A DNA stretch of 64,000 bases. Source: an uncultured Clostridiaceae bacterium. GTDB taxonomy: Bacteria; Bacillota; Clostridia; TANB77; CAG-508. Location of the stretch: positions 16,095 through 80,094 of the forward strand of contig CANSJQ010000005.1 in the NCBI GenBank assembly GCA_947647275.1, written 5' to 3'. Position numbers and translations under genes: made by a program. The notes under the pieces were generated by a model. The model made no database searches, was not told the origin of the DNA, and saw only the letters and a program-made list of their open reading frames with translations. This document shows, piece after piece, positions 1 through 10,864 of this stretch. How positions within the stretch are numbered: the stretch's first letter is position 1; each line of letters begins with the position of its first letter.

Positions 1-1240
1 CTCATTTATTACTCTTCTTAATGATATATTATCTGATGTATTTGCTATTAGCCTTAAATAGCTAAGAGCATCTTTTATTTCTTTTCTTTCATAGAATTTT
101 AGCCCACCTATTACTTTGTATGGAATTTGCTCTCTATTTAAAATATCCTCTATTGCTCTTGATTGAGAGTTCATTCTATATAAAATTGAAAAATCTGAAT
201 GTTTGTAATACTCTTCTGTTTTTAAGTGATTAATTCTATCTACTATATATCTTGCTTCATCATATTCATCATCTCCTTGATATATGCTTGGCAAATTTCC
301 TTCATCATTTTCAGTCCATAATTTTTTATCATATTTATTTTCGTTATGTTTTATAACTGAATTAGCCGCTTTTAAAATATTACCTGTACAACGATAGTTT
401 TGTTCTAGTTTTATTATTGTTGTTCCTGGAAAGTCCTTTTCAAAATTTAAAATATTTGTAATATCTGCTCCTCTAAAACTATATATTCCTTGATCGTTAT
501 CTCCTACTACTGTAATATTTCCATAGTAAGAAGCTAAAATACTAACTAATGTAAATTGTGCTTTATTTGTATCTTGATATTCATCTACTAAAACATATTT
601 GAATTTTTGAGAATAATATTCTAATACATCTGGGTTCTCTGTTAATATTTTTATAGTATAGTTTATTATATCATCGAAATCTATTGCATTATTTTCTTTT
701 AATCTCCTTTGATATAATTCATATATTTCTCCTATTTTTTCTCTTCTAAAATCTCCTTGATATTTAACTTTATATCTTGAAGGCTCTAGCATTTCATTTT
801 TTCCATTACTAATTTCTGCTAAAACACTTCTGTCTGTATATAATTTATCATCAATATTTAATGATTTTAGACATTCTTTTATTAATGTTTTTTGGTCTTG
901 AGTATCAAAAATTATAAATGAAGAATCGAAACCAATTCTATCTATGAATTTCCTTAGTATACGTACACATATAGAGTGGAAAGTTCCTATCCACATATCT
1001 TTTACCGCATCTCCTACTAGAGACTCTATTCTTTGTTTCATTTCATTTGCTGCTTTATTTGTAAATGTTATTGCTAATATATTCCATGGAAGTACTTTTT
1101 TTTCAGACATTAAATATGCTATTTTATGTGTTAATACTTTTGTTTTTCCACTTCCTGCACCTGCTATTACTAAGCATGGTCCTTCTGTTTTAAGTACTGC
1201 TTCTTTTTGTTTATCATTTAACCCTTCTATTAATTCTTGC
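1..1240 (-). CDS. pcrA: ATP-dependent DNA helicase PcrA/UvrD family, N-terminal ~410 aa. The gene continues beyond the window start.
   Basis: Minus-strand translation gives VQELIEGLNDKQKEAVL..CLVIAGAGSGKTKVLTHKIAYL (Walker A), ..VLVDEYQDTN.., ..QNYRCT... Probable GTG start with a GAGGAAA RBS. The ORF track only shows a spurious antisense ORF here. Confidence 0.85.
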
Positions 1241-1591
1241 ACTTTTGTTTCCTCATTTCTATTGACATTTTATTAATTTTTTCTTCTAAATACATAAAAT
1301 GAGAAACCATATCTATTTATTCTCATTCTATATATTCTATAGTCTATACTATTATTAATTTATTGTCTAGCGAACACTTCTAATTATTTTAATAAATTTT
1401 ATAATTTTTAATTACATATAAAATTAATTTTTTGGATAAAATAGTATTGTTAGTTCTTATTTATGTAATACATTTGTCGAATTTTGTAATATTTTGTTCG
1501 TGTTTTGTGAAGTTTATCAATTGTTAATCTATATTTACGAATTTATTATTAATAAATTCACATTATGTGAAAAAATAGTTGTGGTGATAGT

Positions 1592-1888
1592 ATGGAATTG
1601 TACGAAAAAATCAGAAATATTAGAGAGGATAAAGATATAAAACAAAAAGATATGGCTGCTTTCTTACATATGCAAGCCAATACTTATAATGCCTATGAAA
1701 AAGGTAAAAGAACTATTACTGCTGACTTATTAAAAAATATATGTATATTTTTAAACATAAGTGCTGATGAATTGTTAGATATAAATGTTAAAAATCCTTA
1801 TAATTCTTTAAATGAAAATAATATTAAATTAATGGAAACTATAAAAAAAGGACTAATTCTTTTGCAAAAAAGTAGTAAAGATAAATAA
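1592..1888 (+). CDS. XRE-family helix-turn-helix transcriptional regulator
   Basis: 98 aa. The N-terminal HTH signature (IRNIREDKDIKQKDMAAFLHMQANTYNAYEKGKR) is typical of Cro/C1-type regulators. Confidence 0.65.
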   Translation: MELYEKIRNIREDKDIKQKDMAAFLHMQANTYNAYEKGKRTITADLLKNICIFLNISADELLDINVKNPYNSLNENNIKLMETIKKGLILLQKSSKDK

Positions 1889-1892
1889 TTTA

Positions 1893-1955
1893 AAAAGTTA
1901 GTACTTATAATTTTAAAATAAATATTACCAAAATTATAAGTACTAACTTTTTAAG
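1893..1955. terminator. Long AT-rich bidirectional hairpin terminator
   Basis: aaaagttagtacttataatttt...aaaattataagtactaacttttt: perfect inverted repeat between convergent genes. Confidence 0.5.
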
Positions 1956-1956
1956 T

Positions 1957-2410
1957 TTATATGTTTTGTGTTATTTTCTCTATACATGCATATATTTCTT
2001 TTACACAATTTATATATACATTCATATCATAACCCCATGGGTCACTTATATTCATATCTTGTCCGGTTTTTGTCAATTTTTGCATATTCTTTAATTGTGT
2101 ATACTTTTCCCATTAAATTTGGATACATAGATAATGCTGTTTGTTTATGATTGCTTGTTGCACATAATATTAAGTCCATTTCCTGTATTTTGGAATTTCT
2201 TATATTTGTTGCTCTATGATTTGAAATATCTACTTCATAATATCTTGCTGCTTCTACTGCATTATATGTTGCATAATCTCCATCTTCTGCATATATTCCA
2301 CATGAATATACCTCTATATTTAATTTTTTATCTTTTACTATTTTTTCTAATATTCCTTCTGCCATTGCACTTCTACATATATTTCCTGTACATATAAACA
2401 TTATTTTCAT
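1957..2410 (-). pseudogene. Low-molecular-weight protein-tyrosine phosphatase (arsenate reductase fold) with an apparent frameshift
   Basis: N-terminus MKIMFICTGNICRSAMAEG carries the CX5R P-loop. The 122-aa ORF ends early. The next frame continues with ..ISDPWGYDMNVY.. (conserved DPYY/DPWG C-terminal motif) to a stop near 1957. The shift lies at T5/T5 runs around 2067-2081. Confidence 0.7.
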
Positions 2411-2540
2411 AATCTATTTTCTCCTATAATATAATTTTTTCATTTAATAAAAAAGAAGAGCATAATTCGGTAAATTCTCTTAAGTATTTCTTACCGATTA
2501 AGCCCTTACATTTTTTTGTACTTAACAATTTTGGTACTTA

Positions 2541-3599
2541 TTACTCTTCTCCTTTTAAACGCTCTGCTCTGTCTGCTGCTATTAGGTTATCTATCATTTC
2601 GTCTAAGTTTCCGTTTAGAAAGTCTTCAAATTGGTATACATTCATTCCTATTCTATGGTCTGTTATACGTCCTTGTGGGTAGTTGTACGTACGTATTTTT
2701 TCACTTCTGTCTCCACTTCCTACTTGACTTTTTCTTTCATTTGCAATCTCACTATCACGTTTTTGTTTTTCTATTTCGTATAGTCTTGAACGAAGTAAGC
2801 GCATTGCATATTCTCTGTTTTGTACTTGTGAACGTTCTGTTTGACATTCTGCTACTATTCCTGTTGGAACGTGTATTAACCTTACGGCTGATGATGTTTT
2901 GTTTACGTGTTGCCCACCTGCACCTGATGCTCTATATACTTCTAATTTTATATCTGCTGGGTTTATATCTATTTCTACATCTGCTACTTCTGGAAGTACC
3001 GCTACTGTTGCTGTTGATGTATGTATTCTCCCACTACTTTCTGTATCTGGTACACGTTGAACTCTGTGTACTCCACTTTCAAATTTTAATCTACTGTATG
3101 CACCTTTTCCTGTAATCATAAACGATACTTCTTTATAACCACCAAGACCTGTTTCATTTTCATTTACTACTTCTAGTTTCCAATGTTTCTTTTCTGCATA
3201 CATTGTGTACATTCTAAATAGAGTTCCTGCAAATAAAGCTGCTTCTTCTCCTCCAGCTCCTCCACGTATTTCACATATAACGTTTTTGTCATCATCTGGA
3301 TCTTTTGGTATTAGTAATATTTTTAGTTCTTCTTCTAATTTTGGCATAAGTTCTTTATTAGTTAGCATTTCTTCTTCTGCTAAGTCTTTCATTTCTGGGT
3401 CATTCATCATTTCTTTTGCTTCTTCAAAGCTTTCTTTCGCCTTTTTATATTCTCTATATTTTTGTACAATTGGTTCTATTTCTGCGTGTTCCTTCATGTA
3501 CTCTCTCCACTCATTATTTCTTGAAATTACTTCTGGATCACTTATTTTTTGCGTTAATTCCTCATATCTCTTCTCTACTGTTTCTAACTTATCAAACAT
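2541..3599 (-). CDS. prfA: Peptide chain release factor 1
   Basis: 352 aa with GGQ motif ([11 protein letters not shown]) and the RF1-type tripeptide region ([23 protein letters not shown]). No internal frameshift of the RF2 type. Confidence 0.9.
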   Translation of the reverse strand: MFDKLETVEKRYEELTQKISDPEVISRNNEWREYMKEHAEIEPIVQKYREYKKAKESFEEAKEMMNDPEMKDLAEEEMLTNKELMPKLEEELKILLIPKDPDDDKNVICEIRGGAGGEEAALFAGTLFRMYTMYAEKKHWKLEVVNENETGLGGYKEVSFMITGKGAYSRLKFESGVHRVQRVPDTESSGRIHTSTATVAVLPEVADVEIDINPADIKLEVYRASGAGGQHVNKTSSAVRLIHVPTGIVAECQTERSQVQNREYAMRLLRSRLYEIEKQKRDSEIANERKSQVGSGDRSEKIRTYNYPQGRITDHRIGMNVYQFEDFLNGNLDEMIDNLIAADRAERLKGEE

Positions 3600-3706
3600 A
3601 AAAATTCTCCTTTTTCTATTTTACTTTGGTATTATACTATATTTTTTTGATTTATTCAAGTAAAAACTCACTCTTTCATATATGAAAAAGTGAGTTTTCC
3701 TATTTT

Positions 3707-4054
3707 TTAGGGTTTTCTCATAATAAAAATGCAATAAATATCTTCATAATATTTTGAAATAATTCCGTCAAATGGAACAATTTCTTTTGAAAATTCCCCT
3801 AGCAGAACTTCTTTAATTTCATACAAATATTCTGCTATTGCAAAACCTGCATCCAGATTACTCATATTGCTAATATCTTCTGCTGTTAAATTATTTACTC
3901 TGCTCTTTAATACAGTAATCCATTGCTTTCTCCGAGTTTCTGTTTCAGTCATTTTCTCAGAGAAATAAATTCCTGCACTGAACAAATCAATATCTGAAAT
4001 AAATTTATCTCGTACTGCTTCAAACTTTTCAATCTGTTTTTGTGTTAATTTCAT
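3707..4054 (-). CDS. Hypothetical protein
   Basis: 115-aa ORF followed by a hairpin terminator at 3663-3698. No recognisable motif. Confidence 0.45.
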   Translation of the reverse strand: MKLTQKQIEKFEAVRDKFISDIDLFSAGIYFSEKMTETETRRKQWITVLKSRVNNLTAEDISNMSNLDAGFAIAEYLYEIKEVLLGEFSKEIVPFDGIISKYYEDIYCIFIMRKP

Positions 4055-4240
4055 ATTATCTTCCTCCTATTTAGAATGCAAGATTTATAGTTACTATTTA
4101 ATTCTTAATTATTATAGTATAATTTTACATAATTGTCAACAAAAGACTAAATTTCAATTTATACATTCTTCCATACATAAAAATATTATCAGTTAATATT
4201 TATTATAGAGTAGTAAAAATCCCTGTTTATTAATATTTTT

Positions 4241-6169
4241 TAAAGTTCAATATTCCTATATTCCAATTTCAATTTTTCTAATATTTTCCTTTCCCTATTT
4301 GTACAAGTAAGTATTATTATTTGACGATTTTTAAATTCTTCACTTATATACTTTAGTATATTTGTTAGCCTTTCTTCGTCGTAGTATGCAAAGGCTTCGT
4401 CTAGTATTATTGGCATGGTTTCTTCTGATAGTTCTTTTATTGCTCCTAGCCTTAATGATATGTATAGTTGGTCTATTGTTCCGTATACTTAAATTTCCGC
4501 TTGATATGTATTCGCCATTTTCCTTTTCTACTATTATTCCTTCTTCATCGTTTATTCTAACGTTTTTGTATTTTCCATTTGATATTTGCTCTATATTTTT
4601 TGATAAGTTTTTGGTGAATTTTGGTGTTACATTTTGTTTCATTTTTGTGTATGCTGTTTCTAGTACTTGCTTTGCAAGTTCCATTGCTGTGTTTAGTTTT
4701 ATTAAATTTTGTTCTTTCTCATTTAATTCTTCTAGTTCTTCTTCCATGTTGGCTAATTTTTCTAGTTTTGGTAAAATACTGTTTCTATCTAATTCTAGTA
4801 AATGAATTTCTAGTTTATTTTTGTTAATATTATTTTGTGTATTTTCTAGTTCATATGTTATATTACTGTAATTTCTGCTTTGTCCTTCATAATTTATGGC
4901 TATTTTATTCTTTTCATTTTCTATTTTATCTTTTAGTAAATTCTCTGTATTTTCAATTATTCTTGCTTGTTCGTCGCTGTTTTTTATAAGTAATTCTATT
5001 TGTAAATTTATTTTTTCTATTTCACTTTGAAGTTCTTGCTTTTTGGCTTTTGCTTTATTTATATGTTCTTTCTTATCTTTATTTTCTTTTTCAATTTGTT
5101 TTTTATTTTTTATATTAAAAACTAGTAAAAATATTAAAGATATTAATGAAATTGAGACTCCTACAATTAAACATATACTATTATTTTTTAATAATACTGC
5201 TAAAAATGAGCCTAAAATAATTAATACTATACTTATAATGTTTTTTACATTATTTCTTTTTATTTTTATGCTAGTTTCTTCTGGTATATTTATTTCATTT
5301 AATTTACTTTCTAACTCTTTCTTATTTAATTTTAGTCTTTCTATCTTTTCATTGTTTTCATTTAAAATATTTTCATTTAAAGATATTTTTTGCTTTTCTA
5401 TTTTTTCTGTTTCTTCTAGTATTTTTAGTTCTTTTATTAATTTTAATTTTTCTTCGTCTTGTTTTACTTTTTCTTCTAAATGTTGTTTTAATTCTTCTAT
5501 TTCATATTGTTTTTCTTTGTATTCTTCTAGCTCTCCTATTGCATCTTGAAGTTTAAATTTTTCTTCTTTTATAATATTTATTGGTCTTCCTTGGCTTCTT
5601 AATGTTCCTATTTCTTCTACTTGTCTTTTATTTATTTTTTCCATTGCTTTTTTATATGAAACATTATCTTCCCCTGTTCCTGCTAAATTCGCTAGTTTTT
5701 GAAGCAATGTATTTTGTTCTTGTTTTCCTAGCTTTACTTCTTGTTGCATTGATACTAAGGTTGATAGAAATGTATCTTCATCTATTTTTGTTTGTTCTGT
5801 AAAGAATTGATTTCCATATGTTTTATCTATTGTAAATTCTTTTGATATATCATTTAATTGTTCGTCATATATTTTTGGATTTTTTTTGTTAAAATCTCTG
5901 AATACTTCATATTTTTTTCCGTTATCCAAAGTATATGTTAGTTTGCCTGAAAATTCTTCTTTGTTCCATGGTTTGTATCTATCATAGTCTGAAAACTCTT
6001 TTCCTCTTTTATTCTTAGAAATTCCATATAAACTATCCACAATAAACTTAAGACAAGTGGATTTCCCCGCTTCATTTTTTCCATATACTATATTTATATT
6101 TTCTGAAAGTTCTATTTCTTTATTTTCGATATTTCCAAATGCATTTATTTGTAATTTGTTGATTTTCAT
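4241..6169 (-). pseudogene. SbcC-like AAA/ABC ATPase with coiled coil and central TM hairpin (YhaN-like). Apparent frameshift near the C-terminus.
   Basis: N-terminus MKINKLQINAFGNIENKEIELSENINIVYGKNEAGKST (Walker A), long coiled coil, two TM helices. The frame-1 C-terminus is Arg-rich junk. The alternate frame gives GTIDQLYISLRLGAIKELSEETMPIILDEAFAYYDEERL (ABC signature/D-loop) ending near 4241. The shift lies at ~4480-4498. Confidence 0.7.
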
Positions 6170-6183
6170 TTTTTCACCTTTCT

Positions 6184-7257
6184 TTATGATAATGCCTCTA
6201 TTCCTATTTCTATTGCCTTTTCTATTGTTTCTTTATCTATATTTTCGTCATTCAATTTGTCTAACATTTCTTTTGCAAATATTCCTTTTAGTGTTGTGTT
6301 ATTTGCTATTTTGTTTAGGTCATAGCCTATTTGGGTTTTGTCTTTTATTTTTATAATGTTTCTTGCTTCTATTTGCTTATATAGCTTGTATGTATTTATT
6401 TCGAAATTTCTATTTCCTTTTAGTATTATTTTGTATAGGTCTTTTTCGTTCAATTCTAGTGTTTCTATTTTTTCTAATAATTCTTCTGGCTCATTTATAT
6501 TTGTAATGTCTATTTCTAGTTCTCTAAATTCTTTGTCATCTAATTTTATAAATTCTACTTGTATTTTTTCTTTTTCTATATCTCCTACTATCATCCCATG
6601 TTCACCCAACTCGTCAAATCCTAGGGAAATAGTAGATCCAGGATAAATTATATTTCTATTTTCTCTAGTTAAATTCGTTTTATGTATATGTCCTAAAGCT
6701 ACATAATCAAATCCTAGCTGTTTTAATTTGCTACTAGAAATTGTATTGTATACTCTTTGGTCGTCATATCCTCCATCTAAACTAGCATGTGTTATTAAAA
6801 AGTTTAGTTTTTCTTTATTTTCTATATTTATCTCTTCTGCTTTTGATTCTTTTAAATAAAAATCTTCAAAACCATATCCATATAGATCAAAATCTTTTAT
6901 TTCTACTTTTTCTATTTTTGAAGTAAATATTTTTACATTTTTGCTCCAATTATATTTCACATAATAAGAATTTTTTAAGTATGGGTCATGGTTTCCTGGC
7001 GTTATAAATATTAATGTATTTGGAATTTGTTTAAAACAATCATTTATGAAATCTATTGTACTTTGTCTTACATATTCATGGTCATAAAGGTCCCCTGCAA
7101 TAAATAAATATGAGACTTCATTCTCTTTTATATATTCTATCATTTTCTTAAATGCTTTTCTTTGGTCTAACCTTCTTACTTCTCCTAGGTTTGCTCTGTC
7201 ACTTAGAAGTGTAAAAGGTGTATCAAAGTGCATATCTGCTATATGTACAAATTTCAT
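6184..7257 (-). CDS. SbcD/Mre11-family metallophosphoesterase (YhaO-like DNA repair exonuclease)
   Basis: MKFVHIADMHFD..., GDLYDH, ITPGNHD, GHIH calcineurin-like motifs. Directly upstream of the SbcC-like gene in an operon arrangement. Confidence 0.8.
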   Translation of the reverse strand: MKFVHIADMHFDTPFTLLSDRANLGEVRRLDQRKAFKKMIEYIKENEVSYLFIAGDLYDHEYVRQSTIDFINDCFKQIPNTLIFITPGNHDPYLKNSYYVKYNWSKNVKIFTSKIEKVEIKDFDLYGYGFEDFYLKESKAEEINIENKEKLNFLITHASLDGGYDDQRVYNTISSSKLKQLGFDYVALGHIHKTNLTRENRNIIYPGSTISLGFDELGEHGMIVGDIEKEKIQVEFIKLDDKEFRELEIDITNINEPEELLEKIETLELNEKDLYKIILKGNRNFEINTYKLYKQIEARNIIKIKDKTQIGYDLNKIANNTTLKGIFAKEMLDKLNDENIDKETIEKAIEIGIEALS

Positions 7258-7660
7258 TTATTTTCCTCCATAATTTTTATTATATATAAAAGCACTAAAT
7301 GCCATAATTAGATTTCTCTATTTATATCACATTTAATGCTCTTTGTAAAATATAATTTACAAAATTCTGTATAATTAGCTTTATATTAAAAATCTTTTAT
7401 AAAATAATATTTAAAAATATATAATTTTAACTTTTATTTTTTACTTATTTGAATAAAATTAAGATAAAGAATTTTTAATTTATTTGTCTTATAAGTATAT
7501 AAAGTTTGCTACATTAATCTTAATAATCACATTAATATTGCAATATTCTTACTTGTAAATTACTGGGCAAAAACCAACCATATCTATAAAATAGAAATTT
7601 ATCTAGAATACAAAAAGTAAGCTATGTATTTATTTACATGTTTTATTTAACATATAACCA

Positions 7661-7700
7661 AAAGAGCTATGAACACTAATAAAGTTTCATAGCTCTTTTT
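7661..7700. terminator. Hairpin terminator downstream of the coupling-protein gene
   Basis: aaagagctatgaacactaataaagtttcatagctcttttt. Confidence 0.5.
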
Positions 7701-7759
7701 ATATATTATTTTTTCCATTATCTATAATTTATAATTTTTTAGACATGTCACTAAAATTT

Positions 7760-9844
7760 CTATTCTATTGGTCCAAATAATTCGTCGAATTTTGCCTCTA
7801 GTTCTTTTTGTAGGTCTTCTGTAAATGTATCTTCTGCTATTTTCTCTTTTGGTACTTCTGGAGTTTCAAACTCTTCAAAACCAAATAGTTCTTCCTCTAA
7901 AGAGGCTTTTGTTTCTTTATTTTCTGTTATTTCTTCTCCTAGTAAATCATCTAGAGATTCAATTTCTAAGTTTGCATTTATTTTTTGATCAGTTTCTTCT
8001 TTTACTTCTAATTTCTTATCTTCTATTTCTTCATCAAATAAGTCATCTAGTGATTCTACTTTTAAGCTTTCTGGTTTTTTATTTGGACTATCTGGTACAT
8101 ATGGGTTGTATGGGTTATATTTTCTCCAAATTCCTCTTGTACCTGCATCAAAGTGATTGTGATCTAAAGTATCTTTTTGTAATTCCTTATATAACTTATC
8201 TTGCTTGAAATAGTAATATTTTTCTGCTTTTACTGGTTTTATTCCTTTTTCATATATTATACATAAATCATTATCCATTCTTCGAAGTTCATCTGGTGTC
8301 ATTAATGCTCTTGCCATTATTTGTTCTGAATAGTTGTACCCTTGTTTATGATAATGTTTATCTTTATTTGTACCTTTACTTTCTCTTGATATTGTTTTTT
8401 CTCCTAATGCTTTTGAGAAATATTCTACTGTTTTGAATGAGTTACTTCCTAAAAATACGTGTGTATCGCAGTTACCCATTATTGTTTCATAACTTTTTTC
8501 ATATACTGCTTCTAATTGGTCTAAGTTTTGAAGTATAACACTAAATTGTATCCCTCTACTTCTTGAGGTTGATATTTTTTTATCGAAGTCTGGTATTCTT
8601 CCTATATTTGCAAACTCATCTAATATAAAGAATACTGGTACTTTTAATCTTCCACCGTTTAAGTCTGCAAAATTGTATAATTGTTGTATCATTTGTGAGA
8701 AAAATATTGTAAGTAAAAAGTCATATGCTGTATGTGTATCTGATGAAATAACATACACTGCTGTTTTTTTACTTCCTATATCTTCAAAGTTTATGGTATC
8801 TGTTGAGGTTACTTCTGCTATTTCTTTTGAGTCAAATTTTCCTAGTTTTGATTGAAGTGAACTTAATATTGATCCATATGTTTTTTCTGGTGCTATTTCT
8901 ATTGATTTATAATACATTCTTGCTGGATGATCATATGGTAGTTGGTTTATTAATTCTGTAAGTAAGTTACTTCCTCCATTATTATTTGCTGCTCTTACCA
9001 TTTCTGAACAACTTGCTAAGTTTTGTTCTTCTTCTGGTCTTGTTGCTATTAAATAATATATTAATGCTTTTAATAGCATCTCTGCCATATCATCCCAATA
9101 TGGGTCACTTTTTCCTTCTGCAGCTTGTCCTTTTACTACTGTGTTTGCTATAACGTCTACATCTAGTTCACTTGCTACATGCATTAGTGGGTTATATCCA
9201 TCACTATTTTGTGGATTTACTAAATTTAATACTTTTATATCATATCCATGTGCTTTTAAGTACCCTGCTGTTTTGTCATAAAGTTCTCCTTTAGGGTCTG
9301 TAAATACATAAGAGCCTAACATTTGCACCGCATTTGGTATTGAGTATGATGCTGATTTACCAGATCCTGAACCTCCGACTATTAGAGTATTTACATTTCC
9401 TCTTTTATCAACTGGTAAGTAATTATCTTTTGCAAGTATAATTCCTTTATTTTCATTTAATACTTTATATTGCTCGCCATTAGTACTCCAATCACTTGAA
9501 CCATGCTCAATGTCATGATATTTTCCTTTTGGTTTTGTTCTCCAATATCCTCTGGCTGTAAATATTAAAAATGCAATAGTGTATGGTATTAAACATTTTA
9601 AAAATACTAATATTGCACCTTTTGTTGCAAACATTCTAAAAAATGCTGTAAAACTTACTGTTTCTTTAACAAAATTCATTACAAAATTTGTTAAGAAATC
9701 GCTTTCACCATTTGGAGCGGTTGCCCATGCAACTGCTATAGGCGCAACAAGTAGTATGGCTAATACTAACCATACTACTGCTATAACTATCAAAAATTTT
9801 TTTCCTTGTTTAATTGAACTTTTAAATTTATCAATTTGTCCCAT
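7760..9844 (-). CDS. VirD4/TraG/TraD-family type IV coupling protein (T4CP) ATPase, orphan
   Basis: 694 aa with two N-terminal TM helices and Walker A (IVGGSGSGKSASYSIPN). The T4CP hallmark motif is VPVFFILDEFANIGRIPDFDKKISTSRSRGIQFSVILQNLDQL. The C-terminal acidic tail carries repeated ESLDDLxxEEI motifs. Confidence 0.75.
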   Translation of the reverse strand: MGQIDKFKSSIKQGKKFLIVIAVVWLVLAILLVAPIAVAWATAPNGESDFLTNFVMNFVKETVSFTAFFRMFATKGAILVFLKCLIPYTIAFLIFTARGYWRTKPKGKYHDIEHGSSDWSTNGEQYKVLNENKGIILAKDNYLPVDKRGNVNTLIVGGSGSGKSASYSIPNAVQMLGSYVFTDPKGELYDKTAGYLKAHGYDIKVLNLVNPQNSDGYNPLMHVASELDVDVIANTVVKGQAAEGKSDPYWDDMAEMLLKALIYYLIATRPEEEQNLASCSEMVRAANNNGGSNLLTELINQLPYDHPARMYYKSIEIAPEKTYGSILSSLQSKLGKFDSKEIAEVTSTDTINFEDIGSKKTAVYVISSDTHTAYDFLLTIFFSQMIQQLYNFADLNGGRLKVPVFFILDEFANIGRIPDFDKKISTSRSRGIQFSVILQNLDQLEAVYEKSYETIMGNCDTHVFLGSNSFKTVEYFSKALGEKTISRESKGTNKDKHYHKQGYNYSEQIMARALMTPDELRRMDNDLCIIYEKGIKPVKAEKYYYFKQDKLYKELQKDTLDHNHFDAGTRGIWRKYNPYNPYVPDSPNKKPESLKVESLDDLFDEEIEDKKLEVKEETDQKINANLEIESLDDLLGEEITENKETKASLEEELFGFEEFETPEVPKEKIAEDTFTEDLQKELEAKFDELFGPIE

Positions 9845-9868
9845 GGTATTTCACCCTTTTCTTTTGTT

Positions 9869-10219
9869 TTATCTTGCTTCTTCTGTTTTAGTGGTTTGTT
9901 TTGCAGGTCTTCCTCTTCTTTTTGCTTCTACTACTTCCTCAAAATTAACTACTATTCCTCTTTCTTGTTTTAATTTTCTATTTTGCTTTACTTTTGTAAA
10001 TGCTTTTTGTTCAAACTTTATGATATTTCCCTTTTTAGTTTTTATTGTATCATTACTTCTTAGTTCACTATCTTCTGCTATTATAGTCATATCTTCATCA
10101 AATATAGAGTTCTTTGATGCTCCCTGTATTACTTCTAGTCCTCTTTCTTTTTGTTTATCAAATGACATACATACCATGTCAAAATTCATTGCTACTGAAC
10201 CTTCAATTGTTGGTTTCAT
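9869..10219 (-). CDS. Hypothetical small basic protein with a C-terminal AT-hook-like RRGRPAK motif
   Basis: 116-aa ORF immediately upstream of the T4CP gene on the same strand. Confidence 0.4.
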   Translation of the reverse strand: MKPTIEGSVAMNFDMVCMSFDKQKERGLEVIQGASKNSIFDEDMTIIAEDSELRSNDTIKTKKGNIIKFEQKAFTKVKQNRKLKQERGIVVNFEEVVEAKRRGRPAKQTTKTEEAR

Positions 10220-10236
10220 ATTTTACTTTCTCCTTT

Positions 10237-10791
10237 CTAGACGTCCTCTCTTCTTTCACGCATTTCAAACGCGAAATAAGGTTTATTTGGTTTTAATTTA
10301 CATTTCCCTTTTAATTCATTTGTATTCTTGTCCAAATATACTGTTGGCTTAACTTCTTCTGTTGTTTCTGGATCTATTATAGATATTGGCCTTTTTAAAT
10401 TTGGCGTATATTTAAACTCTTTATATACTCCTTCTTCAGAGTAAAGAGTATCAAACTTAACTGGTACAGGTTTTTTAGAAATACGTACTTTATTATCTTC
10501 TAAAATCCCCATATTAACAACTACCTTTTCTCCGGCAAAAGATAGTATTATTAGATGTTCTTCATAATTTGGTTCATCAATAAAAAATGTCTTTTTCTTT
10601 AAATTTCCTTGAAATTCCTCTGCTGATACAAGTCTTTCAACTGTATATTTAGGATATTTATTCAAATATTCTTTTTCAGTCTTATTTACTCTATATATTA
10701 CTGTTTTTACACCTTGTGGGTCTGTAATACTAAAGTGTTTTCCTTGTATACTTTCCATATTTTTCTCCTTTTCTATGAACCAATATGTCAT
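10237..10791 (-). CDS. Hypothetical protein
   Basis: 184-aa ORF co-oriented with the T4CP. No recognisable motif. Confidence 0.4.
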   Translation of the reverse strand: MTYWFIEKEKNMESIQGKHFSITDPQGVKTVIYRVNKTEKEYLNKYPKYTVERLVSAEEFQGNLKKKTFFIDEPNYEEHLIILSFAGEKVVVNMGILEDNKVRISKKPVPVKFDTLYSEEGVYKEFKYTPNLKRPISIIDPETTEEVKPTVYLDKNTNELKGKCKLKPNKPYFAFEMRERREDV

Positions 10792-10864
10792 AGTTTCTCT
10801 TTAGTTTTCGAACTATACATAATTATACTATTTTTTTCTCATATTGTCAACTTATGTATTAGTT

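Noticed and set aside
944-1276. Track ORF (110 aa, + strand)
   Set aside because: Antisense to the well-conserved pcrA/uvrD helicase reading frame. Low-complexity hydrophobic translation typical of AT-rich antisense frames.
2134-3115. Several + strand ORFs (2134..2397, 2516..3115) rich in L/F/I/Y
   Set aside because: Antisense to the LMW-PTP and prfA coding regions. No RBS or motifs. An artefact of stop-poor antisense frames.
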